DNA from: Candidatus Bathyarchaeia archaeon
GTDB lineage: Archaea; Thermoproteota; Bathyarchaeia; Bathyarchaeales; Bathycorpusculaceae
Assembly (NCBI GenBank): GCA_049520955.1
Contig: JBEKPG010000005.1
Location: forward strand, 2,817-66,816
Length of the DNA stretch: 64,000 bases
Reading direction: 5' to 3'
Shown here: piece by piece, positions 9,548 to 19,598 of the stretch
How positions within the stretch are numbered: the stretch's first letter is position 1
Layout: each line of letters starts with the position of its first letter
Program-made: the position numbers and the translations under genes
The notes under the pieces: model-generated
What the model saw: the letters and a program-made list of their open reading frames with translations, nothing else
Told to the model about the DNA's origin: nothing
Database searches by the model: none

Positions 9548-10895
9548 TTTTTTCTCCTCCTTCAAAAATATCTTCTTGAGGAACCGTTCTGGGCGAGAAT
9601 TCACCTGCAATGTTAGTTTTCAAAAGCATCGCTGCTTCTTGCGCGTTCTCTGTTTGTCCCAGCGCCCACATTAGCTTGACAAGTGCAGTTTCTGGGAACA
9701 TGTCATCGGTCGGGATTACGCCGAAAGATAGCAAATCTCTGCCCGTATCATAAACGTTCATGTTTACTCTTCCCCAAATGCACTGAGAAGCCAACGCAAC
9801 CACAACGTCTCTTGCAACAGCGTTTCTTATGCTGTCGAAGCAGTATTTGCTGACGTGCCCTAAACCTGAGCCTTCCAGCAAAATGCCCCTTGCACCTTTT
9901 TCAACATACCAGTCGATGACTGCTGGGTCAAGCCCAGGATAAAACTTGATTAACGCAACTTTATCGCTGAAGTTTGGCTTGAGCACCAGCTTTTTTGTGG
10001 CGTCACGACGTTTGTACAGGTTTGTTAACATGATTACTTGCTGGTTTTTTACTTTGGCGATTGGGAAACCATTTATTGATCTGAAAGTGTCTCTTCGGCT
10101 TGTGTGGCATTTGCGGACTTTTGTCCCCCTATGAATAATAATAGCTTTGTCAGAAACGGTTTCGTGCATTGCTAGGCCTACTTCTGCGAAGGGTCCTTCG
10201 CCAGCGGCTTTCACTGCGCCGATAAGATTTGTTGCTGCGTCACTGCTTGGGCGGTCACTGGAACGTTGGGCACCAACAACTATGACTGGGACAGGAACAT
10301 TTTGTAGTGCAAAGCTTAACGCGGCTGAAGTGTAAGCCATTGTATCTGTGCCGTGCGCAATTACCACTCCGTCCACGCCTTCTTCGATTCGTTTCGTTAC
10401 GTTTTCGGCTAGTTCCTTCCAGTGCTTCTGAGTTATGTTTTCACTGTATAAGCTAAAGACAATCTCCGTGTCAACTTGAGCAACGTCGGAAAGTTCTGGG
10501 ACAACGCCGTACAGGTCGCTTGCAGAAAGCGCGGAGCGCACTGCTCCTGTGCGGTAGTCAACTCGGCTGGCAATTGTCCCGCCCGTGCTCATTATCACAA
10601 CATGGGGTAAAGCTGGGTTCTGTTTTGGCAGGGCCGGTGAAGCGAAAGCGGGTTTTGCGCCTTTTCCTGCTTTTTCGATTTTGACGTCTGGTGCTATTTT
10701 GATGCCGATGTTATAGCCGCTTTTCATTTTAACGATGACTACGGCGACATCACCTAGTTCTGAGCGGGGAATAAGGATGCCTTCGTAGATTTTGCCTTTG
10801 CTGGTGACTCTTATTATGTCGCCGACTTCGCAATCCGCTTTTTTGAGGGCATCTAAAGCTGAGCCCTTGTAACCTGAATTTTCAAGTTGACTCAT
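9537..10895 (-). CDS. gatD: Glutamyl-tRNA(Gln) amidotransferase subunit D
   Basis: Asparaginase motifs STGGTIASRVDY, HGTDTM, GAQRSSDRPSSD, KCHTSRRDTF. Confidence 0.97.
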   Translation of the reverse strand: MSQLENSGYKGSALDALKKADCEVGDIIRVTSKGKIYEGILIPRSELGDVAVVIVKMKSGYNIGIKIAPDVKIEKAGKGAKPAFASPALPKQNPALPHVVIMSTGGTIASRVDYRTGAVRSALSASDLYGVVPELSDVAQVDTEIVFSLYSENITQKHWKELAENVTKRIEEGVDGVVIAHGTDTMAYTSAALSFALQNVPVPVIVVGAQRSSDRPSSDAATNLIGAVKAAGEGPFAEVGLAMHETVSDKAIIIHRGTKVRKCHTSRRDTFRSINGFPIAKVKNQQVIMLTNLYKRRDATKKLVLKPNFSDKVALIKFYPGLDPAVIDWYVEKGARGILLEGSGLGHVSKYCFDSIRNAVARDVVVALASQCIWGRVNMNVYDTGRDLLSFGVIPTDDMFPETALVKLMWALGQTENAQEAAMLLKTNIAGEFSPRTVPQEDIFEGGEKSDN

Positions 10896-12493
10896 AGTGT
10901 ATTCTCCAGTTTCTTAGACACGTAAACTCCATCATGTTCGTAGCCGAGTCGCATGTAATACCTTCTTGTTCCTAACGCACTTATAACTAAAAGCTTTTTG
11001 ACTCCAAAATCTTCACGGGCAATGCGCTCAGCTTCCTTAAGTAAGTCCGCACCAAAACCTTTGTGTTGCCATGCGCTCGCAGAATGCTTTCCAACAGGCA
11101 CGAGTGGCCCGTAGACGTGAAGTTCCCGCACAATAGCTGATGGCATGACGGTTATTTCTGGTCTATGGGCTTTTGCCGAGGGAAGACGCAAGCGCAAATA
11201 ACCAAGCAGGATGTTGTTTTCTTTGTCTTCGGCTGAAACGAAGACTTCCTTGCCTTCTGAAGCTTCATAGCAGAAGGACTCTATTTTCACTTTCTCCAAG
11301 TCAGGCTTCACGTGGTCAGCTACCATTCTATGACCAACTTCTCTGCAGCGAATACATTGGCACCTTCCTCCTTGCTCCCTGAGTTTTTCATTCGCAAGTT
11401 GACGAAGATTGCTTTTATTCACACCAGCTAAAATTAGCTTAGCAGGAATGTCACGTTGGACACGCATGACTCTAACCCATGGGGGGATAGATTTTTTGAT
11501 TTCAGCAATGAGTGCTGCGGCTTGTTCGGTGGTGTAAGGTGTGTATGTGCCTTTCTTGTGCCATTCGTGGGCTTTTGTGCCGGCTATGCATAGGCATGGG
11601 TAAATTTTTATCATATCCGGTTTAAAGGCTGCATCTGTGAAAACCTGTTTGAAAGCGGCCATGTCTTTTTGCGGGTTGGAACCTGGCATTCCAGGCATCA
11701 GGTGATAAACGATTTTTAATCCTGCGTCTTTTGCAATACGTGTTGCTTCCTGAACGTCTGCTACACTGTGCGTTCTGCCTACTAAACGGTAGATTTCATC
11801 ATCCGGGTTCTGTACGCCAAGTTCGATACGCGTCACCCCCATACTAAGCATAACGTCAATGTGTTGCTGTTTTGCCCAGTCAGGGCGAGTTTCCACTGTT
11901 ATGCCAACATTGCGGATGCTGCTTGTTTCAGCATTTGCTTTCGCTTCTTCGAGATTTGCCGAGGTTCTGCCTGTTATTGCATCTAGGCACTTTTGGATAA
12001 ACCAAGTTTGGTATTCCATGGGGGTGGCTGGGAAAGTTCCTCCCATTACAATTAGCTCGATTTTATCGACTTTGTGACCGATGGCAGTGAGTTGTTCGAT
12101 ACGGCTTCTAACCTGCAAGTATGGGTCAAAATTATTTTGTGTTCCACGCATGGCTGCTGGTTCATGGCCTGTGTAGCTTTGCGGTGACCCCTGTGCGGGT
12201 CCTCCTGGGCAATAAGCGCATGGTTCAGGCTGAGGGCAAGGGTAAGGTTTGGTCATGGTTGCGACCACCGTAACACCCGAGATAGTGCGCGTAGTTTTTC
12301 TGCGTAAAATGGGCAAAAGACACCTTTCTTCTTTAGGAGTTAAAAGGCTTATTAAATCAGAGTTAGACGGTACCTCTTCAAGCTGGTATTTGCCTGCAGT
12401 TTTTATTTTCAGTCGATTTACATCTTCACAGGTGGGCGTGGGCATTTCCATTAATGTGTTTATGATTTCGTGTAGGGCAGTTTTGTCTTTCAA
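10892..12493 (-). CDS. elp3: Elp3 radical-SAM/GNAT tRNA U34 modification enzyme
   Basis: CPQPEPCAYCPGG, ETRPDW, ELGVQ, RVQRDIP, VRELHVYG, GNAT C-terminus. Confidence 0.96.
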   Translation of the reverse strand: MKDKTALHEIINTLMEMPTPTCEDVNRLKIKTAGKYQLEEVPSNSDLISLLTPKEERCLLPILRRKTTRTISGVTVVATMTKPYPCPQPEPCAYCPGGPAQGSPQSYTGHEPAAMRGTQNNFDPYLQVRSRIEQLTAIGHKVDKIELIVMGGTFPATPMEYQTWFIQKCLDAITGRTSANLEEAKANAETSSIRNVGITVETRPDWAKQQHIDVMLSMGVTRIELGVQNPDDEIYRLVGRTHSVADVQEATRIAKDAGLKIVYHLMPGMPGSNPQKDMAAFKQVFTDAAFKPDMIKIYPCLCIAGTKAHEWHKKGTYTPYTTEQAAALIAEIKKSIPPWVRVMRVQRDIPAKLILAGVNKSNLRQLANEKLREQGGRCQCIRCREVGHRMVADHVKPDLEKVKIESFCYEASEGKEVFVSAEDKENNILLGYLRLRLPSAKAHRPEITVMPSAIVRELHVYGPLVPVGKHSASAWQHKGFGADLLKEAERIAREDFGVKKLLVISALGTRRYYMRLGYEHDGVYVSKKLENTL

Positions 12494-12589
12494 GGTTTAA
12501 GGTACCAAAATAAGGTTTAGTTTGGTTATAGATAAACTACACTAACGTTGAAGAATGTTTAGGCTTGGAAAAAAGGTTTGCTTATGCGC

Positions 12590-12751
12590 TTACATCCAGT
12601 TTTGTCCTGGTTTCCGTTGCAGAATCACGCGTTTCTCGTAGTTGCGTCTGCTTCGGTTTTTTGGGCTTGGCGAAGTTTTTGGCGTCGCCTGGATTTTCGG
12701 CGTTTGAGAGCGGACTTTTCCAGCTTTAGATAATGAACCGTGAGTTGGCAT
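12590..12751 (-). CDS. rps30e: 30S ribosomal protein S30e (53 aa, absent from ORF track)
   Basis: Hand translation [53 protein letters not shown]; the HGSLxKAGKVRxQTPK motif is diagnostic. Confidence 0.93.
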   Translation of the reverse strand: MPTHGSLSKAGKVRSQTPKIQATPKTSPSPKNRSRRNYEKRVILQRKPGQNWM

Positions 12752-13296
12752 TTAATGCACCTTGCTCATAAAGCATGAATGTCACACTTAAATCTTTACC
12801 CATTGCAATTAACGTTTTAAAACTTAGAAAATAACGTGGCTAACTCTTTGCTAAGAAAAAAACTACAAAGAAATTGGATGCCCCCATTGATACAGTGAAG
12901 TACAACAAGATATCTCAAGGGCCAAAATGCAGCCGTTATTTTCGCAGAAATTTTGGAAGAACCAAACAACAACATTTAACCAACACCAACACCTAGTTTT
13001 ATTGTCTCACCAAAATTGAGCACCCATAACGACGGACTCAACAGAGGTAAGCAAGCACAACAAATCTTGCACCTATGACGATAGAGTTCTACCCAATTAT
13101 GGAACAGGTGAGGCACGGGCGCGAAAAATCCCATGCCGAGAGAACTTAGCCAAGCAAAAAGCAACGCTCAGCGATGAGGTTAAGCGTTAGGTTACATGGG
13201 AAACAAACAGCCCGCAAAAAAACATTAGTATTGCTCAAGTTTCATTATTTATTTTAATTGCTATAGCAGATAATAGGCGCTTGACGGCAAATTTTG

Positions 13297-14010
13297 TTAT
13301 AGGTCTTTTTTTCCGATTTGATTATGGTGAACAAAGTCTTCTATGCCGCGCCTTACTCTGAGGTATTTTGTTGAGGCAGTTGGGTATCCCAATCGGCAAG
13401 TATAAGCGATTTTCATGCATTCGGGAATTTCTAGAAGCTTCTTTAATTCTGCTTCCACATGGGGGGCAGCGAAGGAACTAAGAATCTGCAGGCTAACTCC
13501 TACAGCTTGTGCCATAAGCCACATGTTTTCCATGACACAGCCTAAACTCATAAAGCCTAAAACGTCACCTTCTGAAGCAGGTGCCCTCTTCCTTGAATCG
13601 TAAATCACTATCAAAAGTGTTGAGCTACCCCGGATAGACTGGGTCAGCGGCATAGGTGCAGCTTTGCGGGCTGCCTCTGACATTTTTGCGGGGTCCACCC
13701 ATGCCGGAGGAAACATTGCGCCTAAAATTCCGGTTTTCTTTTTCAAAAGCTCCTCTTTTGAGAACGACAACTGTTCATAGTTTTCTCGCAGGAACTCCTC
13801 AGATATGCGTGACTTGATGTTTCCTATTTTTTCCAACACTTCTTTGTCGTCAACAACAACCACTTCAAAGTTTTGCATGTTGTGCGCGGTTGGCGCCCAT
13901 TTAGCAGCCTCTAAAATCTGTTTCAATTTATCTTTTGACACTGGACGATTCGGATCAAAGGGAACTCTTGCGGACTGTCTTTCTTCAATGATTTTTAGAA
14001 TTTCGCTCAT
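13297..14010 (-). CDS. Nitroreductase family protein
   Basis: ERQSAR...ILEAAKWAPTAHNMQNFEVVVV; GCVMENMWLMAQAVG. Confidence 0.9.
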   Translation of the reverse strand: MSEILKIIEERQSARVPFDPNRPVSKDKLKQILEAAKWAPTAHNMQNFEVVVVDDKEVLEKIGNIKSRISEEFLRENYEQLSFSKEELLKKKTGILGAMFPPAWVDPAKMSEAARKAAPMPLTQSIRGSSTLLIVIYDSRKRAPASEGDVLGFMSLGCVMENMWLMAQAVGVSLQILSSFAAPHVEAELKKLLEIPECMKIAYTCRLGYPTASTKYLRVRRGIEDFVHHNQIGKKDL

Positions 14011-14012
14011 AA

Positions 14013-15035
14013 TTAACCCTCACTTACCTTTAAGACTGCTCGGAAGTGAACTTTTGCAGTCATCATCCGTTCAAAAGCCACTGAAGCTTGCTCAAGCGGA
14101 AAAACCTCCACCATAGGCACAACATGCGTTAGAACACTAAAGTTCAGTGTGTCAGCAGCGTTTCCTCCAACCCAACCGCTTACTGACCGGACGCCACGCA
14201 TCAGCTGAACTGGAGAAATCTGAATCGGTTCATTAACAAAAGTGATAATTATCAGTTGGCCGTAACGGGCAAGCCCGTCAACAAGTTCCGAAATGGCCTT
14301 GCTGTTGGGAGCAGTACAGAAAATGGCGCGTGCTCCACCAAGCGACATTAATTCCTTCGCTGCATTCGCAGCATTTGTGTCTATGTAGATTTGAGCGCCA
14401 AGCTTGAGAGCTAAGGATTCCTTTTCTTTGCCACGAGATATAACCACGGGTTTTAATCCGAGCCTGACGGCGAACTGCAGCGCTAAGTGCCCTAATCCTC
14501 CAAAACCCTGGATCGCAACTAAATCGCCACCTTGCACTTTGCTGCTTTTCAAAGCGCCGAGTGTGGTTGCGCCTGCACAGAGAAGGGGGGCAGCTTCCAC
14601 GGAGCCAAGCTCGTCAGGAATTAACGTTAGCACGTCCATTCGGGCAACCATGAACTCAGCATATCCCCCGTCGGTTGAGATGCCCGTTGCCAGAGGGCTC
14701 TCGCAAGCCCAAAATTCGCCTTTTAGGCATGACTTGCATCGCTGGCAGTGACCTCCCCGCCAGCCTACACCGACTCTTTGTCCGACCTTCCAGTAATGTG
14801 ACTCTGAGCCCAATTTAGCGATGGTGCCAACAACTTCGTGGCCAGGCGTTCTTGGATACTGCAAACCGGGGAAATATCCTTGTTTAACGATTGCGTCTCC
14901 GTGGCACACTCCGCATGCATGAACCTTAAGAAGGACTTCATGCTCCTTTGGCTTAGGAATTTCTTTTTGAACAAGCTCAAAATCTGCTCCGGGAGCACTA
15001 ACTTGAATCGCTTTCATTAATGGCATAAATATCAT
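14013..15035 (-). CDS. Zn-dependent alcohol dehydrogenase (MDR family)
   Basis: CGVCHGD, GHEVVG, CQRCKSC...C structural Zn, GFGGLGH. Confidence 0.93.
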   Translation of the reverse strand: MIFMPLMKAIQVSAPGADFELVQKEIPKPKEHEVLLKVHACGVCHGDAIVKQGYFPGLQYPRTPGHEVVGTIAKLGSESHYWKVGQRVGVGWRGGHCQRCKSCLKGEFWACESPLATGISTDGGYAEFMVARMDVLTLIPDELGSVEAAPLLCAGATTLGALKSSKVQGGDLVAIQGFGGLGHLALQFAVRLGLKPVVISRGKEKESLALKLGAQIYIDTNAANAAKELMSLGGARAIFCTAPNSKAISELVDGLARYGQLIIITFVNEPIQISPVQLMRGVRSVSGWVGGNAADTLNFSVLTHVVPMVEVFPLEQASVAFERMMTAKVHFRAVLKVSEG

Positions 15036-15260
15036 TTCCTTCTGAATTACTTGTTACCTATAAACATTGTCAAAATGCAACGATGGAAGCTCTTTCAGGG
15101 TATTTCTTAAGTAGATGATTTTGAACTACAAGGCTTACTTCTAGAATTCTTTTTTCAAGCTGATTTTCATGTTTGGGAAATTCTGAGAAAATCTTAATCA
15201 GAAAAATGCTTATGCCAAATATTTAATTACCTTTGCAGCTTAATTAGAATAGGTGTTTGA

Positions 15261-15494
15261 ATGCCACGAGCATACGTATTGTTTAATGTTGAGTCAGGCT
15301 CAGAAGATGCCGTTCTAAAACAGCTCAGAAACTTGAATAATGTAGAAGAAGCTTACGTTTCCTACGGTGTATACGACCTGGTTGTACGAATCAAAGCAGA
15401 CACTATGGAACAGCTAAAGGATTCAGTAACCCATAAAATTCGCACAATAAAGCAAGTTAGGTCAACTTTAACTTTGATAATGATGGAAGAATAA
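15261..15494 (+). CDS. Stand-alone Lrp/AsnC ligand-binding (RAM) domain protein
   Basis: AYVLFNVE...VEEAYVSYGVYDLVVRI...STLTLI; no HTH. Confidence 0.88.
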   Translation: MPRAYVLFNVESGSEDAVLKQLRNLNNVEEAYVSYGVYDLVVRIKADTMEQLKDSVTHKIRTIKQVRSTLTLIMMEE

Positions 15495-15676
15495 GCTCCG
15501 CCAGAATTTGCTTTCACTTTTTCTAATTCAACGTTTCATATTTATATTTTTTTATAAAAAACATATTTATGTATTTTTAATTTTCAATATAAAAGAAGAA
15601 AACCAAAAAGCCTTCTGGTAATTCTTATTTACTTTTTTCCTTGCTGACAAAGGGCGCCCCACCCATTGACATGTGC

Positions 15677-17218
15677 TTAACTTGGCTTGCCATTAAGATC
15701 TTCTGCGTTTTTTTTGTTTGCTTCTTGGTTTTTGTCTTTCGTTTTACGTTTTGGCATTTTTGGAAAAGAATTGTATAAAGCTGATGCTCGTGCTAGAATA
15801 ATTTTTCTGGTTTCAACTGTGACAGGTGACGTTGCAATTAGCTCGTCGAGTTTCTTTTTGTTTTCTTCTATTATTTTTGTGAATTCTGCATTGGATATTT
15901 TGCCTTTTAATTTTAGTTTTCTCACCTCTTCCATGTGCGAAGCAATTTCCTCAAATTGTTCGTCAATTTCTGTCTCAGATGTATTTTCGGTTTGCGGTAT
16001 TTTTTTCCTTACATAGCGGAATAGCAAAGGCACTTGGAACACAATTGAAATGAAAGCTACTCCGAGCACCATTGTGTTTATTGTATTAATATTTCCTTGA
16101 GAAACTACTGCGGATGTTGTTATTGTGGCCACCAGAGCTATGGACAAAGCGCCTCTGACCCCGCCAAGCATGGCGATGTTGCGCCAGACCCCTGATATTT
16201 TATCACCAAATTTATTGAACACGGCAAGTATTGGGTACACCGTTGCGGCTCTGGCTATGGTCACGGCGGCGTAAGCGGCCACGATTATCAGAACTGATTG
16301 GGAAAGAGCAACAATGTTCGTCTCGAACCCTATTATTAGAAATGCTATCGAGCTACCTAAGAAAGCTGCTATCTGCCAAAATGTGATAACAGCTTCTCTT
16401 GAAGCGGGTTCCAAGGCAGATCGAATCGTGAAGTTGCCAAAGTATAACCCTGACACGGCGACCGCTATTAGCCCTGAGGCGCCTATTCCTGTTGCCAACG
16501 CGTACGACCCGTACACCACAGCTACCGCCAAGATGGTTTCGGCAACTCTATCCGCTATCAAGCTTGTGAGGATTTCTCCTAGAAACGCAACTGCCAACCC
16601 AATTAAAATGCCTGCGCCAAGGGTGAAGCCGAAATTAAATATTATTTGGGTTACCGCGACCTTTTGAAGACCGACAGTTGAAAGGATTACAGTAAATAAG
16701 ACAATGCCAGTGGCGTCGTTGAATGCCGCTTCTGTATCAAGCAACGTAGATAGTTTAGAAGGAACTTTGACCCTTCGAAAAACCTCCAAAACCGTTACCG
16801 TGTCCGTTGGAGCAATCAGCGCTGCGAAAAGAAAAGAAACATACGGCGAAAGACCAACCACCCTCCACAAGATAAGGCCGCCAACAGAAGTCGCTATCAA
16901 AACGCCTACGGTTGCTAAGGCTAACGAAGGCTTTATCACAGCACGCAGATCGCTGGCGCGAAGGTGAATCATGGCTTCGAAAATCAATGGGGGAACAACG
17001 ACTCCCACGAAAAGACCGCCTCCTCCACCTTGAAGAAGTTGAGCACTGAGCGATCTTAATTGAGAAATCAAGTTCTCAAAAGAGCCTCCTTCAAGAGTAA
17101 AGGAAGAGGCGACCACAGTGATTACAACACCTGTTAAGACCAAAACCAAAGTGTACGGTATCCTAAGTTTTGTCGATAGGACCGCAGCTAAGAAAGCCAC
17201 AAGCAGGAACGCTGCCAC
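15677..17218 (-). CDS. CPA1/NhaP-type Na+/H+ antiporter
   Basis: PPLIFEA, IAPTDTV, LDTEAAFNDATGI, GGVRGALSIAL; the true start may be a few codons upstream. Confidence 0.92.
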   Translation of the reverse strand: MAAFLLVAFLAAVLSTKLRIPYTLVLVLTGVVITVVASSFTLEGGSFENLISQLRSLSAQLLQGGGGGLFVGVVVPPLIFEAMIHLRASDLRAVIKPSLALATVGVLIATSVGGLILWRVVGLSPYVSFLFAALIAPTDTVTVLEVFRRVKVPSKLSTLLDTEAAFNDATGIVLFTVILSTVGLQKVAVTQIIFNFGFTLGAGILIGLAVAFLGEILTSLIADRVAETILAVAVVYGSYALATGIGASGLIAVAVSGLYFGNFTIRSALEPASREAVITFWQIAAFLGSSIAFLIIGFETNIVALSQSVLIIVAAYAAVTIARAATVYPILAVFNKFGDKISGVWRNIAMLGGVRGALSIALVATITTSAVVSQGNINTINTMVLGVAFISIVFQVPLLFRYVRKKIPQTENTSETEIDEQFEEIASHMEEVRKLKLKGKISNAEFTKIIEENKKKLDELIATSPVTVETRKIILARASALYNSFPKMPKRKTKDKNQEANKKNAEDLNGKPS

Positions 17219-17448
17219 AATGAGTTCAATGCTTGGAACCAGAACAATCGCCTACCCTTTCGATGCAACTTTGGTTGAAGCTTGTTTTCTAAATCTCTAA
17301 AGCCCTTATTCAATCTGTCGAAGCAAACATAAAGACGTCTGACGGGTTTTCTTAGTATTCCATTTCGGGGTAAAGATTGGTTAGTACATTTATCGCCGTT
17401 AACCTTAACTTGGAATATGCGATAGTTTAGAATGAACGAGGAGAGGTT

Positions 17449-18846
17449 TTGTTGAAGAAAACAAAGATTATATGCACAGTGGGTCCAGCGAGCTCTTCAA
17501 AGCAAATGATTGAAAAAATGTTCAAAGCCGGCATGAACGGGGCAAGGATAAATACTGCTTATGGAAGTCTCGACCAATACCAGTCAGTTATCGAAACAGT
17601 TCGGGAAAATGCAGATATCCCCATAATAATTGATATCAAAGGACCAGAAATAAGAATCAAGGCATCTCAACGAAAGATCATTAATAAAGGAGATATTTTA
17701 GAAGTTGGCTTCGACAAGGAAGAAATCAGTTTCAACCACGATTTCTATGACGAAATGGCGATTGACGACGAAGTATACATAGACAACGGAAAAATTAGAA
17801 CACGCGTAGTTGAAATGAAAGACCGAAAACTTCGGCTTCTGACCTTAGATGGCGGCGTTGTGGAAGATGGAAAAGGAGTTAATGTTCCCGAGAAGCATCT
17901 TTCAGTTCCAACTTTCCCTGAGAAAGACTTGGAGATCATAAGTTTTGCAAAAAAACAGGAGGTCGAATACATTGCGCTCTCATTCACACGGAATGCAGAA
18001 GACGTGAAAAACTTGAGTCAGACAAATGGTTTTGGAGGAGGAATAATCGCCAAGATTGAGAACCTTGAGGGTGTTCAAAACGTCGAAGAGATTTTAGAAG
18101 TTGCTAATGGACTAATGGTCGCAAGAGGCGATTTGGGTGTTGAAATCGAACCTGAAAGAGTGCCCTTGGTTCAGAAATCACTTATCAAATTATGCAATCA
18201 AAAGGGTAAGCTTGTTGTCACCGCTACAGAGATGCTTGAATCGATGATTAATCAACCGTGTCCAACAAGGGCTGAAGTTAGCGATGTTGCAAACGCTATA
18301 CTTGACGGGTCAGATGCCGTAATGCTTTCAGGAGAAACAGCGGTTGGTCAATACCCTGTGGATGCAGTTGAGATGATGACTCGAATAGCAAATGAAACAG
18401 AAAAAGCCGTCAAGACCAACGTAGAATGCACACCGTTTATCAACATTTCTGATACCGTGAGCAGGGCAATACAGGATATATGTCAAAGCATGCCGATTAG
18501 CAAAGTTATCACCTTGACGCGATCAGGCTACACAGCCCGAATGATAGCTCGATTCAAGATTGCACAACCAATAATTGCTGTCACTCCGGAAATCAAAGTC
18601 AAAAAACAACTGGAACTCACATTCGGCGTTATCCCCGTTCTTATAAACTACGATGAAGAAAAAGACCGAGTATCCGAAGTTGCAAACCATCTTCATAAAA
18701 TTCATCTGGTTGAAGATGAAGAAACTGTCTTGTTCACCGAGGGTGTTAGGACCTCTATGAAGCACGCCAGCAACTCAATAGAGATACATAACATAAAAGA
18801 GCTAAGAGAATTTGCGGCATCCTCAGCTCTTACGACATTTTGGTGA
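17449..18846 (+). CDS. pyk: Pyruvate kinase
   Basis: TKIICTVGP, DIKGPEIR, IAKIEN, MVARGDLGVE, ATEMLESM, DAVMLSGETA. Confidence 0.97.
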   Translation: MLKKTKIICTVGPASSSKQMIEKMFKAGMNGARINTAYGSLDQYQSVIETVRENADIPIIIDIKGPEIRIKASQRKIINKGDILEVGFDKEEISFNHDFYDEMAIDDEVYIDNGKIRTRVVEMKDRKLRLLTLDGGVVEDGKGVNVPEKHLSVPTFPEKDLEIISFAKKQEVEYIALSFTRNAEDVKNLSQTNGFGGGIIAKIENLEGVQNVEEILEVANGLMVARGDLGVEIEPERVPLVQKSLIKLCNQKGKLVVTATEMLESMINQPCPTRAEVSDVANAILDGSDAVMLSGETAVGQYPVDAVEMMTRIANETEKAVKTNVECTPFINISDTVSRAIQDICQSMPISKVITLTRSGYTARMIARFKIAQPIIAVTPEIKVKKQLELTFGVIPVLINYDEEKDRVSEVANHLHKIHLVEDEETVLFTEGVRTSMKHASNSIEIHNIKELREFAASSALTTFW

Positions 18847-18855
18847 AAATAGATC

Positions 18856-19545
18856 ATGATCTGCAATCTGTTCGTCTTTAGACACGCAGATACTACAGAC
18901 AATAGCAACGGCATATTCTCGGGTTGGCGTGACCCTGACTTGACCCTAAAAGGTCTTTTGCAGGCGCAAGATGTTGCTAAACAGCTAGAGCAAGAAAAAA
19001 TTGATTATGCATTTACCTCGCACCTTTTGAGAGCCAAAAGAACCCTTGAAATTGTCCTTAAACCGCACCTCAACGTTCCTATTTTCATGGACGACCGCCT
19101 GATTGAACGGTGCTATGGTACGTTGCAGGGCAAAAGCAAAGTCAAGCTTGCAGCCGAAAAACCCGAGTGGTTTACCAAAGTTCACCGCGGCTACGATTTT
19201 GCGCCTCCTAAAGGTGAAAGCCTAATGATGGTTGAAAGCCGCACTTTGCCTTTTGTTGTGCAGCTTGAAAGGTGGTTTCAACACAATCCTGGTAATGTAG
19301 CTATCTCATGTCATGGCAACTCAATGCGCCCGATTAGGAGAATTTTTGAGCAATTAAGCCTTGAGCAGATGCTTCAACTTGAGAATCCGCAGGACCAAGC
19401 GATGAAATATGCTCTTCAAATACACCGTATCAAAGTTGACGGAACTGAAGAAAACAGAATCGAAAAGCATTGGCAAAGCATTGTTGTCCCCTCTTCCGTA
19501 AAGTTGGCAACGGATCCACGAAACCCCCTGAAACAATACTATTAG
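18856..19545 (+). CDS. gpmA: Histidine-phosphatase family, 2,3-BPG-dependent phosphoglycerate mutase-like
   Basis: FRHADTTDN...IFSGWRDPDLT, LIERCYGTLQG, SCHGNSMR; directly downstream of pyk. Confidence 0.8.
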   Translation: MICNLFVFRHADTTDNSNGIFSGWRDPDLTLKGLLQAQDVAKQLEQEKIDYAFTSHLLRAKRTLEIVLKPHLNVPIFMDDRLIERCYGTLQGKSKVKLAAEKPEWFTKVHRGYDFAPPKGESLMMVESRTLPFVVQLERWFQHNPGNVAISCHGNSMRPIRRIFEQLSLEQMLQLENPQDQAMKYALQIHRIKVDGTEENRIEKHWQSIVVPSSVKLATDPRNPLKQYY

Positions 19546-19598
19546 GTTCAATCAAGGTTTTCTGGATATCCTTGATTCGCATTGGTTTTGACTATTGC

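Noticed and set aside
12976-13164. 62-aa ORF / possible structured RNA upstream of rps30e
   Set aside because: No recognisable protein motif; only imperfect stems; no RNase P or SRP signature sequences
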